From a virus, in IMG/VR virus record IMGVR_UViG_3300032304_001168: a DNA stretch of 64,000 nucleotides; one strand, given 5' to 3'. This document shows positions 7,852 to 17,810 of this stretch, in pieces; the first letter of the stretch is position 1, and every line of letters starts with the position of its first letter. The notes beneath the pieces are model-generated. The model saw only the letters and a list, made by a program, of their open reading frames with translations, was not told the DNA's origin and made no database searches. The position numbers and the translations under genes are program-made.

Positions 7852-8918
7852 AATTCTATGTTTTTAAATATATGTGTTATTACATCAACTGTCCATCCAT
7901 TACCTAACATCTTTCTTGCTTGACTATCACTTACAACATTAGTATATCCATCAGGTATTGTTTGTAGTCTTTCCATTTCAATTCGATAAAGTTTTCTGTA
8001 TTTCCAAGTTGGGTCAACAATATAATCCAATGGACTTTCAACGGTAACTAAACAATTTCCTTTGTTATTTTTATTTGGGACATACATCTTAAATTCTTTA
8101 CTCCTTGGAGTTGAATCTCTACCAGTTTCAATTCTTATTTTTCTCCTCATTTCTTTACCCTCCTTAGTTCTAGTTTCATAAAATGAAAATGGTACTTCGT
8201 TTGATAAATCTATATTAACTCTTTTTCCATTATTAGCATATAGTGTTACAATACCATCATCATTAATGGTTATAGGACTACCATAAGATTTAGTTAATGA
8301 ATCTATTTTTTCATCAATAGTCATATTACAGGGGTCATCAACAATGATATCTTTTAAAGTAATTTCTTTGTCTATTGGTTGATTAATATTTGGAATATTA
8401 GTCCAATATAATCTTCTTCTATTTTGGGCCGATACCAAAGTTGAGTTTATTTCAATTGGTTCTAATCCCAATACATTGTTTATTATGGTTTCCCACTTCT
8501 TTAACATTTTAACATTTTCTAATAAAAAATATTTTGGTTTAACTTCTTTTAATAGTCTTACATATTCCCAAAACAAATATGATTGTCCTTGAAAGTTAAA
8601 TCCATTTCTTTTTAAATCCAAATATTGTTCTAATGTTAATATTTCAATATCTTCTTTTGTTGACATCCCTTTCATCTTACCAGCAAATGAAAGATTTTGA
8701 CAGGGTAATCCACCACACATTAATGTAATTGTTGGTAAATCACTCCCATTTATTTGTGTAATATCCCCCAATTGAATCGTGTTAGGATAGTTGTGTTGGG
8801 TTACTTTGATACTATGTTTATCTACCTCAGATGCGTAATAATTATCATATTTAATTCCAGCACGATTCAATGCGATTTGTCCACAACTCATCCCATCAAA
8901 AAGACTCAGTACATTCAT
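7848..8918 (-). CDS. dcm: DNA (cytosine-5) methyltransferase with longer variable region
   Basis: SLFDG, GGLPCQ, LLENV, QNRRR, GNGW motifs. Confidence 0.92.
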   Translation of the reverse strand: MNVLSLFDGMSCGQIALNRAGIKYDNYYASEVDKHSIKVTQHNYPNTIQLGDITQINGSDLPTITLMCGGLPCQNLSFAGKMKGMSTKEDIEILTLEQYLDLKRNGFNFQGQSYLFWEYVRLLKEVKPKYFLLENVKMLKKWETIINNVLGLEPIEINSTLVSAQNRRRLYWTNIPNINQPIDKEITLKDIIVDDPCNMTIDEKIDSLTKSYGSPITINDDGIVTLYANNGKRVNIDLSNEVPFSFYETRTKEGKEMRRKIRIETGRDSTPRSKEFKMYVPNKNNKGNCLVTVESPLDYIVDPTWKYRKLYRIEMERLQTIPDGYTNVVSDSQARKMLGNGWTVDVITHIFKNIEL

Positions 8919-9163
8919 TTATTCTCCAATTGATTTATATGATGTTGGAGATAAAACATTGCTTTCTTTAAATCTTCCAATTCTTTATTGGGGTCTTTCT
9001 TTCCAGCTCTACTAATATATTTTACAGTATTACCCAAAGCAAATCCTAGTTGCCAAACATCAATCACCTTAATTGCTTCATAAACATTATTATCACCAAA
9101 TTGATAATGTTTTGGGTGGTTTACCATTTCTTTATTTTCCCAAGTTTTCATTAAGGTCTCCAT
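8915..9163 (-). CDS. DUF3310 (SaV-like) phage protein
   Basis: VNHPKHY...GNTVKYISRAGKK...EDLKKAMFYL. Confidence 0.85.
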   Translation of the reverse strand: METLMKTWENKEMVNHPKHYQFGDNNVYEAIKVIDVWQLGFALGNTVKYISRAGKKDPNKELEDLKKAMFYLQHHINQLENK

Positions 9164-9357
9164 TTTTGATAAGTTGTTTTATTTTGTTTGATATTATCTT
9201 CAACATTCTTTTGACTATCAATTAATTTTTCCAAGGTTTCATCAAGTAAACTATTTCCCTTTTCTTTTTCTAAAAGGTAGTGTGATAATTGAATAATTTT
9301 TGTTTCTTTCCAACCTTTTCCATCGGTTAGAGTCATTCTTAGTTTAAGGTTTTCCAT
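9151..9357 (-). CDS. hypothetical protein
   Basis: ORF coupled in the operon. Confidence 0.6.
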   Translation of the reverse strand: MENLKLRMTLTDGKGWKETKIIQLSHYLLEKEKGNSLLDETLEKLIDSQKNVEDNIKQNKTTYQKWRP

Positions 9358-9399
9358 TTTTTTAAAAAAAATATATAAAATTTATTTTTACTAATCAAA

Positions 9400-10101
9400 T
9401 TATCTTATTGCTAAGTTTTTTGTTTGTAATACATATGACATAACCTTTCTCTTGAATAATGGAATTAGGGTTTCTTCCATTGGTACATCTTTTTCGCAAT
9501 GAAGATAAAAAGAGGGTAACTTATTATCAATTGAATGAATATGTTTTAACAAATCATTCTCAAGTTTTTCCTCAATATTGAAGGTGTTATAACCTTTATA
9601 CTTTCTAATATTGTACTCCCAAATCTTGATTATTTGGTTAGATTTGGTATAGAAATAACCTTTCTTAGATGTTAAATTGTCTTCATTATATATTGATACA
9701 ATTTCTATTGTGTCATATACAACTATCCATATTGATTTGATAATATCAAAATAATCTTGGAGTTTGGATAAACTATATTCCAATATAATTTTGAGTTCGT
9801 TTAATTCGGTGACTTTGAGTGGGGGTAAATCTTTTGTTTTTAAATCAATAAAAGTTAACTCATCATCATAACTGGTGAGTTTCTTATCTGTATATAATAT
9901 TTTATTATTTTTGATGATGTTTTGGACATTAGCAAGATGTAGTGTTATTTCGGTAAACATAGGATAGACTTTCATCTCTTCCAATTGTTTATTCAATTTT
10001 TGGAAATAACCTAATAAAACATATTGTTTCTGTTCTGCGTCTATGACTCCATCAAATATCCAATCTGTGTCCATCACAAACTTTAATTTATTTTTTCTCA
10101 T
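9400..10101 (-). CDS. conserved hypothetical protein (resembles a Bacteroidota family)
   Basis: DWIFDGVIDAEQKQYVLLGY...YP...PMEETLIP pattern. Confidence 0.6.
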   Translation of the reverse strand: MRKNKLKFVMDTDWIFDGVIDAEQKQYVLLGYFQKLNKQLEEMKVYPMFTEITLHLANVQNIIKNNKILYTDKKLTSYDDELTFIDLKTKDLPPLKVTELNELKIILEYSLSKLQDYFDIIKSIWIVVYDTIEIVSIYNEDNLTSKKGYFYTKSNQIIKIWEYNIRKYKGYNTFNIEEKLENDLLKHIHSIDNKLPSFYLHCEKDVPMEETLIPLFKRKVMSYVLQTKNLAIR

Positions 10102-10135
10102 ATTAAAATATAATTAAAGTTTTTTAAAAAATAAA

Positions 10136-11494
10136 TTAATTTGTTCTTACGACAACAAAATTGTATCTATTGCCATCAGGTCCTGTTATATAAACATCAT
10201 CATAACTTCCATCATAACTTGATATTGTGCCAATACCATCATGATCAACAATATCTTCAGCGACTCCTCTCACATTAACATAATATTTGATATTATAATC
10301 CATGCCCATACTTTTTAACCAATAAACAGGGTCTTCCATAGCTCTTCTAACATTTTGACTTACTTTTTTTTCAATCATTTCCTCTGTTGGTTCATCGTCA
10401 GGTTCAATACTATCCAATTCGTTTTGTAATTCTTCTATTTGTTGTTCCAAGTCAGTAATTTCATCTTCCTCTTGCGTATTTTCTAATTGTTCTTGTAAAT
10501 CACTTATTTGATTCTCTAAAACTTCTTTTCTTTCCTCTTGTTCATCAGTTAGTTCATAATCGTCAGCAAAATAACTTTCTGGATCGTCTCTTATATCGTT
10601 ATCATAGAACTCCTCAATATATTCCCTAATACTATCTTCATCAAGATTACTCTCTATTAAACTTTGACTTATATCATCCAATCCAACATCATCCAATAAT
10701 TGTTCTGTATTTTCAATTGCCGCTTCATACATATCATCATATGTTCCAACCATATATTCTTCATTTCTCAATCCAATAACCTCAAAATTGTATAATGTTC
10801 CATAAGATTTATAATTTGTTGGAATTATATAATAAACATCAGCATAGTTTTCTTGTAATTCTTTTATTTCATCTTCTATACTATCTATTTCTTCATACAA
10901 TTCATCTCTTTCTTCAGAATCTGATTCTAATCCTCCTCCTTGTTGAATAAGCTCTTCTATTCTTTCTAATTTATTTTTTATTAATTCTTTGGTTTCTTCA
11001 TCCATTTCATCTAGTTTATTCTCACTAACTAAATGGTCAAATAAAGCATTTGCGGCCAATCCTTCTTCATCAATGTTTGGATTAGTCAAATCCCAATCAT
11101 TATCTTCTCTTCTTGATTCAGCATCATCCAATTTTTTTAACTCTTCTTGTCTAATTCTTTTAGCTTCAATTGGTGAGCCATAATCCGAGATATGTCCTTT
11201 AACTTGAACTCCCTCGACACTAGAAATATTTGTATCCCTTATATCCAAATTCCCATCAATATAAGCAATATTACCCAATGTTTTAATTGGTTTACCACTT
11301 AAATCCAAATTACCAGTAACATATAATTTTTTACCCTCAAAGAATTTTGGTTTTAAAGCCGCACTTGAATAAGATGCCAATTCCAATATATTCAATAGTT
11401 CTTCTGGGCTTATTTTATAATATTCCTCTTCTTGTTCTTTTATAACTTTAATCAAGTGTTTAAACTGACCTTGACTTAATATAATTTTTCTCAT
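10136..11494 (-). CDS. acidic hypothetical protein, putative virion/head-associated
   Basis: MRKIILSQGQFKHLIKVIKE leader; TATTTATA motif upstream; GNLDL repeats; coiled coils. Confidence 0.6.
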   Translation of the reverse strand: MRKIILSQGQFKHLIKVIKEQEEEYYKISPEELLNILELASYSSAALKPKFFEGKKLYVTGNLDLSGKPIKTLGNIAYIDGNLDIRDTNISSVEGVQVKGHISDYGSPIEAKRIRQEELKKLDDAESRREDNDWDLTNPNIDEEGLAANALFDHLVSENKLDEMDEETKELIKNKLERIEELIQQGGGLESDSEERDELYEEIDSIEDEIKELQENYADVYYIIPTNYKSYGTLYNFEVIGLRNEEYMVGTYDDMYEAAIENTEQLLDDVGLDDISQSLIESNLDEDSIREYIEEFYDNDIRDDPESYFADDYELTDEQEERKEVLENQISDLQEQLENTQEEDEITDLEQQIEELQNELDSIEPDDEPTEEMIEKKVSQNVRRAMEDPVYWLKSMGMDYNIKYYVNVRGVAEDIVDHDGIGTISSYDGSYDDVYITGPDGNRYNFVVVRTN

Positions 11495-11587
11495 ATTAAT
11501 ATATATTCAATTATTATTTACATAATATAAATAGTTTAGATATTTATTAATGAATAATATTCATAAAAAAAATAAAACTACTATCCA

Positions 11588-11731
11588 ATGAGCTGTGGCT
11601 GCAAAAACAAACAACCTCAACAACCTGCCCCTTCAACTTCAACTCCTGTAACACAAACTACTAATCAAACAAACAACAACATTCAGGAGTCTATCAAAAA
11701 AGTTGTAGAAAAATACTACACAAAAAAGTAA
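11588..11731 (+). CDS. small protein MSCGCK... (47 aa, not in ORF track)
   Basis: MSCGCKNKQPQQPAP...IKKVVEKYYTKK*; TATTTATT motif at 11541 upstream, terminator downstream. Confidence 0.7.
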   Translation: MSCGCKNKQPQQPAPSTSTPVTQTTNQTNNNIQESIKKVVEKYYTKK

Positions 11732-11758
11732 GATTTTATTTGGGGAGATTTAATTTAG

Positions 11759-11784
11759 AAGGGGACTATATGTCCCTTTTTTTA
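11759..11784 (+). terminator. intrinsic terminator
   Basis: AAGGGGAC-tatat-GTCCCTT followed by a T-run. Confidence 0.7.
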
Positions 11785-11835
11785 TTTAACTATTTAATGT
11801 ATGATTTTTTTTACATATAAATTTAATAAAAAATT

Positions 11836-12660
11836 ATGAAATACATTAATACATTATCAAAAGAGGGATTGGTTAATCTATTTGCGGATTATATAATAAA
11901 AAACATTAATCCAATCCATAAATCACGTTTCCAAGTTATTGATTTTAAATCCTTTTTGGTTGTTTATGGTTCAACATCATCAGATGTTGTTATAGACTTA
12001 AATAAACTCAGAGATGAATTCATTGAAGAAAACAAAAAACTATTTGATTTTATAAATCTAAAAACTCTCAGTATCATTGACTTAATTGACTATAGAGAAC
12101 CAATTAGTCTAAATCAATATTATTTCACATATTATAAAAGTGATAGACCAATATACCACAAAGAAGTCATTAAAGAAGTTAATAGACAAACAAGCGAATA
12201 TAACAAAGAGTTCTTAAATAACATCAATTATACAAACAAACTTGAACTTGAATTCTATTCTCCATTCTTACCTGACAAGTTGAATATCTTTAATTCAACA
12301 AACTTTATGTCTGTCTCTTCATCATTCCCTTATGGTTATAGTCTAAATCTTGGTAGGAGAGAGTTTTATTATGGTGAGTATGTCTGTAATCATCTTTTTG
12401 ATATTTTGGTCACAGATGAGATATTATTCAAATATACAACCGATGTGGTTGAAGATGATTTAAATATTGATATTATTTGTGATTCAATTTATTCAAATAA
12501 AGATATTAAATCATTGGTGTTGGATGTATTTGATTTTAATTTAAATAAATTCTCAAATGAATACTTAAATGAATTTAATATTGATAGTGATATAAAAAAC
12601 CAACTAGATTCAAAACCTTGGTTGGTTAAAGATAGAATAAAAGATTTGATATTATTTTAA
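11836..12660 (+). CDS. hypothetical protein, possibly a degenerate MetK-like fold
   Basis: 274 aa; weak MetK-like segments (LFADYII, VYGSTSS, PYGYS, FDF, KPW..KD). Confidence 0.4.
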   Translation: MKYINTLSKEGLVNLFADYIIKNINPIHKSRFQVIDFKSFLVVYGSTSSDVVIDLNKLRDEFIEENKKLFDFINLKTLSIIDLIDYREPISLNQYYFTYYKSDRPIYHKEVIKEVNRQTSEYNKEFLNNINYTNKLELEFYSPFLPDKLNIFNSTNFMSVSSSFPYGYSLNLGRREFYYGEYVCNHLFDILVTDEILFKYTTDVVEDDLNIDIICDSIYSNKDIKSLVLDVFDFNLNKFSNEYLNEFNIDSDIKNQLDSKPWLVKDRIKDLILF

Positions 12661-12664
12661 ATGA

Positions 12665-12704
12665 AAAAACCCCATCTTTATTAGAGAGTGGGGTTAATTT
12701 TTTT
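12665..12704. terminator. bidirectional terminator between convergent genes
   Basis: AAAAAACCCCA...TGGGGTT with A- and T-runs on either side. Confidence 0.6.
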
Positions 12705-12713
12705 GATGTTTTT

Positions 12714-13049
12714 TTACATATCTTTTAACATATCGTCAATCATTGTAATTGTATCAAAAGTTTTTTCAGACCAACTTCTTTTTCCAATTAAATCATTCAA
12801 CTTTCTTGTAATGTCTCTTACAGCCTTTCTCATAATCATATGTTGTCTGTCTGAACCTCCACCAAAAGCTGGTTTTTCTATTTCAGAGAAATCTTCATCT
12901 TCTAAATCATAAGATGTAAATTCTTCTGGTGGTGTACCTGTTGGTTTCCATCCACTTTCTTTTTTGTCTATGAAATCTCTTAATTCATTAATTGACCTTT
13001 TAACCAATCTAGTTAAATCTCTTTCAGTTAATCTTACTATTTTTTTCAT
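12714..13049 (-). CDS. hypothetical protein with head-protein-type leader
   Basis: MKKIVRLTERDLTRLVKRSINE; TATTTATA at 13080-13087. Confidence 0.65.
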   Translation of the reverse strand: MKKIVRLTERDLTRLVKRSINELRDFIDKKESGWKPTGTPPEEFTSYDLEDEDFSEIEKPAFGGGSDRQHMIMRKAVRDITRKLNDLIGKRSWSEKTFDTITMIDDMLKDM

Positions 13050-13111
13050 TGTATTTTTTTTTAAATTAATTTATTTCCATATAAATATCTATCAAAAAAA
13101 AAAAAACACTT

Positions 13112-13408
13112 TTACAAAATAAATTTTTTGATTATTTCCAATCCTTCATTCAATTCATTGAAATCAACTTCTGGTGCAAATAACATTGGTATTGGTTCAT
13201 CACTTTCACTTTCATCCACCAACATAAATGCCGGTACATAATCTTTTCCTGTTATTTCAACAAACATATCAAATTCATCCGAGTATTCATTTATATCCCT
13301 ATCATAGAATTCAATGTTATTTTCATTTAACATATCTTTGAAGTCTGTACAATGGGGGCATCCCTTCATCGTATATAATATGACTAACTTATTATCCATT
13401 GATGACAT
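13112..13408 (-). CDS. glutaredoxin-like protein
   Basis: YTMKGCPHC...VPAF. Confidence 0.85.
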   Translation of the reverse strand: MSSMDNKLVILYTMKGCPHCTDFKDMLNENNIEFYDRDINEYSDEFDMFVEITGKDYVPAFMLVDESESDEPIPMLFAPEVDFNELNEGLEIIKKFIL

Positions 13409-13700
13409 TGTTGATTATTGATTTTAATTCATTCTCAGATAACATACCAGGTTTTGAAAACATTTCAACACCATTACTGAATAGTTTAGTGGTGGGTACA
13501 GCTCTAATACCCAATTCAATAGCATATTCACCATCTTGTTCAACATCCATTATATACATAGGTATATTGACTGACTCAGATACTTTCCCAAATGTGGGTT
13601 TATATATCTTGCAGGGTCCGCACCATTGGGCCGTCCAGGCTACCATAATAGTCTCCCCAGCTTCAATTTTTGATTTTAATTCTTGTCCTGTAATTTCCAT
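13392..13700 (-). CDS. trxA: thioredoxin
   Basis: WCGPC, IRAVPT. Confidence 0.9.
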   Translation of the reverse strand: MEITGQELKSKIEAGETIMVAWTAQWCGPCKIYKPTFGKVSESVNIPMYIMDVEQDGEYAIELGIRAVPTTKLFSNGVEMFSKPGMLSENELKSIINNVING

Positions 13701-13712
13701 TTTTTTTAATTT

Positions 13713-14363
13713 TTAATCTTTCCACCTTGTTCCTTGTTTAATACTATAAATTGTATTAATGTTTATAGTGGGAAATAATTTATGAATATCAACAACTCTT
13801 TTTCCATCTAGCAGTAATTTTTTTATTTCATTTATTACGTTGATGTCATATTTTGATTTTTGTCTTTTAGTATTTTTTATTTTTTCACGAAGAATTATTT
13901 TTTGTTCTTCATTAAGAACTCTACCCCAACCTGCCATTTTTCTTTTTTCTCTTTCTTCTTGAGCTCTATTCCCATAAATTTCATCATAAGTTTTTCCTTT
14001 ATGAGACTTTCCATTTTTAACTGCTTCAGAGATTTTCACTCTAATTTCTGGTGAATGTTTATAACCTAGACAACCTTCACCACCAAGTGTAGAGTTTAAT
14101 CCATTTTCAAATGAATTGTATTCTTTAATCAGTTCTACTTCCCTTTCATAAATTTTTTCCAAAGAACATTCATCAATCAATTCAATAGTAAACTTCTCAA
14201 CACCATACTTCCTAATACTATTACATAATTTAGTATTAATATTTGTTTTTAAACAACGATAACAATGTTCTTCAAATCTATGTTTTAGGGTGTTTATCGT
14301 ACAACCAATATATAGACTATTATTTTCGTTATTTGTTATCTTATAAATTTTTCCATTTTCCAT
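13713..14363 (-). CDS. GIY-YIG homing endonuclease with NUMOD3-like motif
   Basis: GKIYKITN...YIGCT, RFEEH, GLNSTLGGEG, KHSPEIRVKISE. Confidence 0.88.
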   Translation of the reverse strand: MENGKIYKITNNENNSLYIGCTINTLKHRFEEHCYRCLKTNINTKLCNSIRKYGVEKFTIELIDECSLEKIYEREVELIKEYNSFENGLNSTLGGEGCLGYKHSPEIRVKISEAVKNGKSHKGKTYDEIYGNRAQEEREKRKMAGWGRVLNEEQKIILREKIKNTKRQKSKYDINVINEIKKLLLDGKRVVDIHKLFPTININTIYSIKQGTRWKD

Positions 14364-14412
14364 ACGACATAGTGTTTATTATAAATATCACCAAGTAGTA
14401 TAAAAAACCATT

Positions 14413-14727
14413 TTATTTGTTAAGTTTTATTAAATTATGTAATGTAAACTCCGCAACATTCAATCTATCTGTTGTGGTAAAAATAAATATATCAATACCT
14501 TCTTCTATGTAAATAAGAATTCCACTTGGGTCATATTCAACCAATTTTTCAAATTCAACTATTTTGTTATCAATAACCTTCTTATTGGTAAATATTAAAT
14601 GAGATTTACTTAAAAATTTATCCAAGTTTTCTTTGGATATCTTTTCATTTTTTATATATAAAGAAGATGGTATTTGTTTGTATCTTTCTTTAAAAATATC
14701 TTGTATTTTAGTATGGTATTTCATCAA
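14413..14727 (-). CDS. hypothetical protein
   Basis: ORF in the operon. Confidence 0.55.
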   Translation of the reverse strand: MMKYHTKIQDIFKERYKQIPSSLYIKNEKISKENLDKFLSKSHLIFTNKKVIDNKIVEFEKLVEYDPSGILIYIEEGIDIFIFTTTDRLNVAEFTLHNLIKLNK

Positions 14728-16438
14728 TTTCTAATGTTGGTGATTTTGTTCCTTTAATATCATAAATTTCTCTATTAGAAAAATATAAGGCTTTATTAAT
14801 TGTTTTTATTCCCCTCTGTCCTGGTCTCATTGCATATTCAAGACTATCTCTAAACTCCAATTCACTATACAATGTTTTTTTACCAAAACTAACTTCAAAG
14901 GTGGGTAATTTAAAAATACCATTGATTAAACAATATTCAACTCTATTATCCAATGCTTTTAATATTTCATCCCAACTAACATCCAAAACTTTATTGAATC
15001 TACCTAGTGATTGAACTCTGATTAAATTAACATCATCATTATCCCCAGTTATTCTATATTCAACTGACGCTCGTTCTTTATCTTCCATTCTTATTATTGA
15101 TAATATAATTGATTCTGGTCTACTTGCATAAGTTCTAACACAATTTGATTGGATAAAACTTTCAACGTTATATTCTTTATTATTAACTAGTATGATTGGG
15201 TGATATCCTAATATTGGTTCTTCTATAATTTTTTTGAATTCTTCATTGTAATATCTATTGTATGTTGCGGTTTGATATGAACCAAATTTCTCTGACCATT
15301 CAAAATGTTCCTCCATAAATTTTTCATATGTGTTGGATTGCCAATTTACTGGTTCTAAATTATGCAATCTATTCTTGGTCATTACGTGGTCTATAAATGT
15401 GTTAAAATTTATTTCACCAATCATAACCATTTTAAAAACCTCAAAACAATTTTTGATTTCTTTCTTGGTGAAATTATTAAGATGTAAATGTATGTTCCAC
15501 CCTTGAAAATTAAAATTGCAATTTGATTCAATAATTTTTTTAATGAGTTCATCATTTTGTGATAACATAAAATCATTCCCAAATAATCTTAAAACAAATC
15601 TAAACATAAGAATACCTGACGTTGAATTAACCATATGGAGAACTCTTTTTATCTTGTCACCACTTAGTTCATTAAATGTCATATAAGTGTCCACAAACTT
15701 GTTTTTGTGCTTTCTAAAGTCCTTTAGTTTAATCTGGGGATAAGTTCTTTCAAAACACATCCAATTGTTTGGAGTTTTAATATTATGTCCATCCAAATAT
15801 TTTTTATATAATCTATCATCTGGGTCTTTGATGGAATTATCCAATCCTGGTATATTGTTAAAGAATATTTCAAAAGCTCTGTTAATTTCCAATTGCCAAT
15901 TATGTAAGTCATCAAAATTATCTGACTTTAATTGTCTTAATGCTGAACTTATAATATTTGAGAAAAGTTTTAAACTTTTATAATTCCATTTGTTTTTTGA
16001 AAAACTTTTTCCACATTTTTTCTTGTGATAGTTTGTTATAGTTCCAGTATATTTTGAATTCGTTTTGAAGTTATATGTGATATACTGACAAGTTGTGTTT
16101 TTTGTGAAAAATTTAACCCCAACATTTTTATTCAAGTTATATGTAAAATATTTCAATGAAACTTTCTCATCAGTTTTTGTAACCACTAAACGTATTTTAT
16201 CAAAAGATATTCTAGCTAAAATATTCTTCTTGTTTTCATCGTAACTTTCATCACCAAAACTTCTATTTAAGACATCATATTCGCGTCTAAACATATTTCG
16301 GTTTTTATAAAGATAAAATCCAATATCAGAGTCATCTGATTTATGATGACCTAGAATTTCTTCTTCACTTAACTCACATACATCTTTATGTATTACAACA
16401 CCTTTGCTTGTCTTTATAAAATCAAATAAAGTTTCCAT
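14708..16438 (-). CDS. PcfJ-like domain protein
   Basis: C-terminal EYNVESFIQSNCVRTY...ERASVEY...VQSLGRFN. Confidence 0.65.
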   Translation of the reverse strand: METLFDFIKTSKGVVIHKDVCELSEEEILGHHKSDDSDIGFYLYKNRNMFRREYDVLNRSFGDESYDENKKNILARISFDKIRLVVTKTDEKVSLKYFTYNLNKNVGVKFFTKNTTCQYITYNFKTNSKYTGTITNYHKKKCGKSFSKNKWNYKSLKLFSNIISSALRQLKSDNFDDLHNWQLEINRAFEIFFNNIPGLDNSIKDPDDRLYKKYLDGHNIKTPNNWMCFERTYPQIKLKDFRKHKNKFVDTYMTFNELSGDKIKRVLHMVNSTSGILMFRFVLRLFGNDFMLSQNDELIKKIIESNCNFNFQGWNIHLHLNNFTKKEIKNCFEVFKMVMIGEINFNTFIDHVMTKNRLHNLEPVNWQSNTYEKFMEEHFEWSEKFGSYQTATYNRYYNEEFKKIIEEPILGYHPIILVNNKEYNVESFIQSNCVRTYASRPESIILSIIRMEDKERASVEYRITGDNDDVNLIRVQSLGRFNKVLDVSWDEILKALDNRVEYCLINGIFKLPTFEVSFGKKTLYSELEFRDSLEYAMRPGQRGIKTINKALYFSNREIYDIKGTKSPTLEIDEIPY

Positions 16439-16461
16439 ATATTTTTTTTCCTAACTATAAT

Positions 16462-16488
16462 AAAAAAAAAGGGGAGTGTAAACTCCCC
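16462..16488 (-). terminator. intrinsic terminator
   Basis: GGGGAGT-tta-cACTCCCC followed by a T-run on the minus strand. Confidence 0.7.
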
Positions 16489-16498
16489 AATCTTAAAT

Positions 16499-17257
16499 TT
16501 AGTAGACAAATGTTTCGGCCAATTCCCAAAGTTTGGTGTTCATTTGGTTTGTTGCCATAATGTTTTTCAAACCTTTTAGGGATGTTTTGCGGCCAGTTTG
16601 ACTTATGTACTCAAGACCACCTCTAACAAATCTCTCCTGAAGGATATTGAATGTTGTCCAAAGGTCATCGTTGTTGTCTCCAAGTCTTTGAGGAGTAATC
16701 AATTCCTCCAATTCCTCATAATCAAGGAATGGTACTGAACCCATTCCCCACTTGATGATTGAAGCACTTTTTGCAAAGTCGATTTTCTCACCTTCGGTCA
16801 ACATTCTATCCATCATCTTATCAACTGAGTTTTGTATGATGGGGAGTTTCGTTGCAAAACTCTCGGTCAATCTTTTGACTTCTTCTGAGTCAAATCCCAT
16901 ATGTCTCACATTGAATTGCTCTGCTGTAGAAGTGGGCACAGTCAAACCATTGCTACATACAAGGCGGAATAATCCAGCACCCACTGTTAGAGTGGTCATA
17001 CCATTATGTGAGTTTTTAACAATGGCTTCAACCAAGGTGTCTCCAACCGCAGGTAGTTCACCATTTCTAAATCTCAATTCGTGTATACCATAAAGACCAG
17101 TACCATTCTGTTTTACGGATTTAAGTTCCCAACCCTCGTTGGTGAATTTCTCCATAATATCAATCGTTGGTACGAATGAATATTTTTTAGACATTTTTGG
17201 GTCAGCTGAAGTTGTGAATACTGCTGGGGCGATAGACTTAATTTCTTGGATTGTCAT
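16499..17257 (-). CDS. DUF932/DUF945 family protein
   Basis: APAVF, YSFVPT, NSHNG, GLFRLVCSNGL, LWTTFNILQE. Confidence 0.85.
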   Translation of the reverse strand: MTIQEIKSIAPAVFTTSADPKMSKKYSFVPTIDIMEKFTNEGWELKSVKQNGTGLYGIHELRFRNGELPAVGDTLVEAIVKNSHNGMTTLTVGAGLFRLVCSNGLTVPTSTAEQFNVRHMGFDSEEVKRLTESFATKLPIIQNSVDKMMDRMLTEGEKIDFAKSASIIKWGMGSVPFLDYEELEELITPQRLGDNNDDLWTTFNILQERFVRGGLEYISQTGRKTSLKGLKNIMATNQMNTKLWELAETFVY

Positions 17258-17288
17258 ATTGTTATATTTTTATTGGTTAACGATGGGT

Positions 17289-17320
17289 CAAAATTACGGA
17301 TTAGATTTCTAATTTCCAAA
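17289..17320 (-). promoter_or_regulatory. Bacteroidota sigma70-type promoter
   Basis: TTTG-N20-TAATTTTG on the minus strand. Confidence 0.75.
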
Positions 17321-17335
17321 CTTTATTTACAAATC

Positions 17336-17473
17336 TTAAGAAAAAATTTCAACTTTGGTGGGTTTATAACCATAATTCATAATTATGGATGAAATCTCTC
17401 TGTCAGCCTCCTTTTCAGTCAATGGCTTTCTATTCAATTTAACATTTTGGTATTCCAAATTAAACATTTTCAT
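17336..17473 (-). CDS. small hypothetical protein (45 aa, not in ORF track)
   Basis: MKMFNLEYQNVKLNRKPLTEKEAD...VEIFS*. Confidence 0.5.
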   Translation of the reverse strand: MKMFNLEYQNVKLNRKPLTEKEADREISSIIMNYGYKPTKVEIFS

Positions 17474-17564
17474 ATTCTTTGATTTTTTATAAGGTTATTC
17501 AATCAGTCATCAATTATATAAACCATATCACCCCACCATTAGTTCCAAGATGATTGGATTTTTT

Positions 17565-17780
17565 TTAAAGAGCTTTAAAACTACTTAGGAACTCATTTTT
17601 GGTCATACATAATAGTAATTCATAACAACTAACCATACGGGTACTAAAACTAATTTCTTCAGTCAAGAAAGTAACCACATCACCTTTTTTGACTTTCCTA
17701 CCCAAAAGACCTCCACCTAATTTACGAATATACAAAAAGTTGGTATCTATTACTGCTTCAAATTTTTGTCCTTTTGTCAT
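17565..17780 (-). CDS. hypothetical protein
   Basis: ORF directly downstream of the promoter at 17811. Confidence 0.6.
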   Translation of the reverse strand: MTKGQKFEAVIDTNFLYIRKLGGGLLGRKVKKGDVVTFLTEEISFSTRMVSCYELLLCMTKNEFLSSFKAL

Positions 17781-17810
17781 AACATATATTTTTATTGGTT
17801 AACGATGGGT

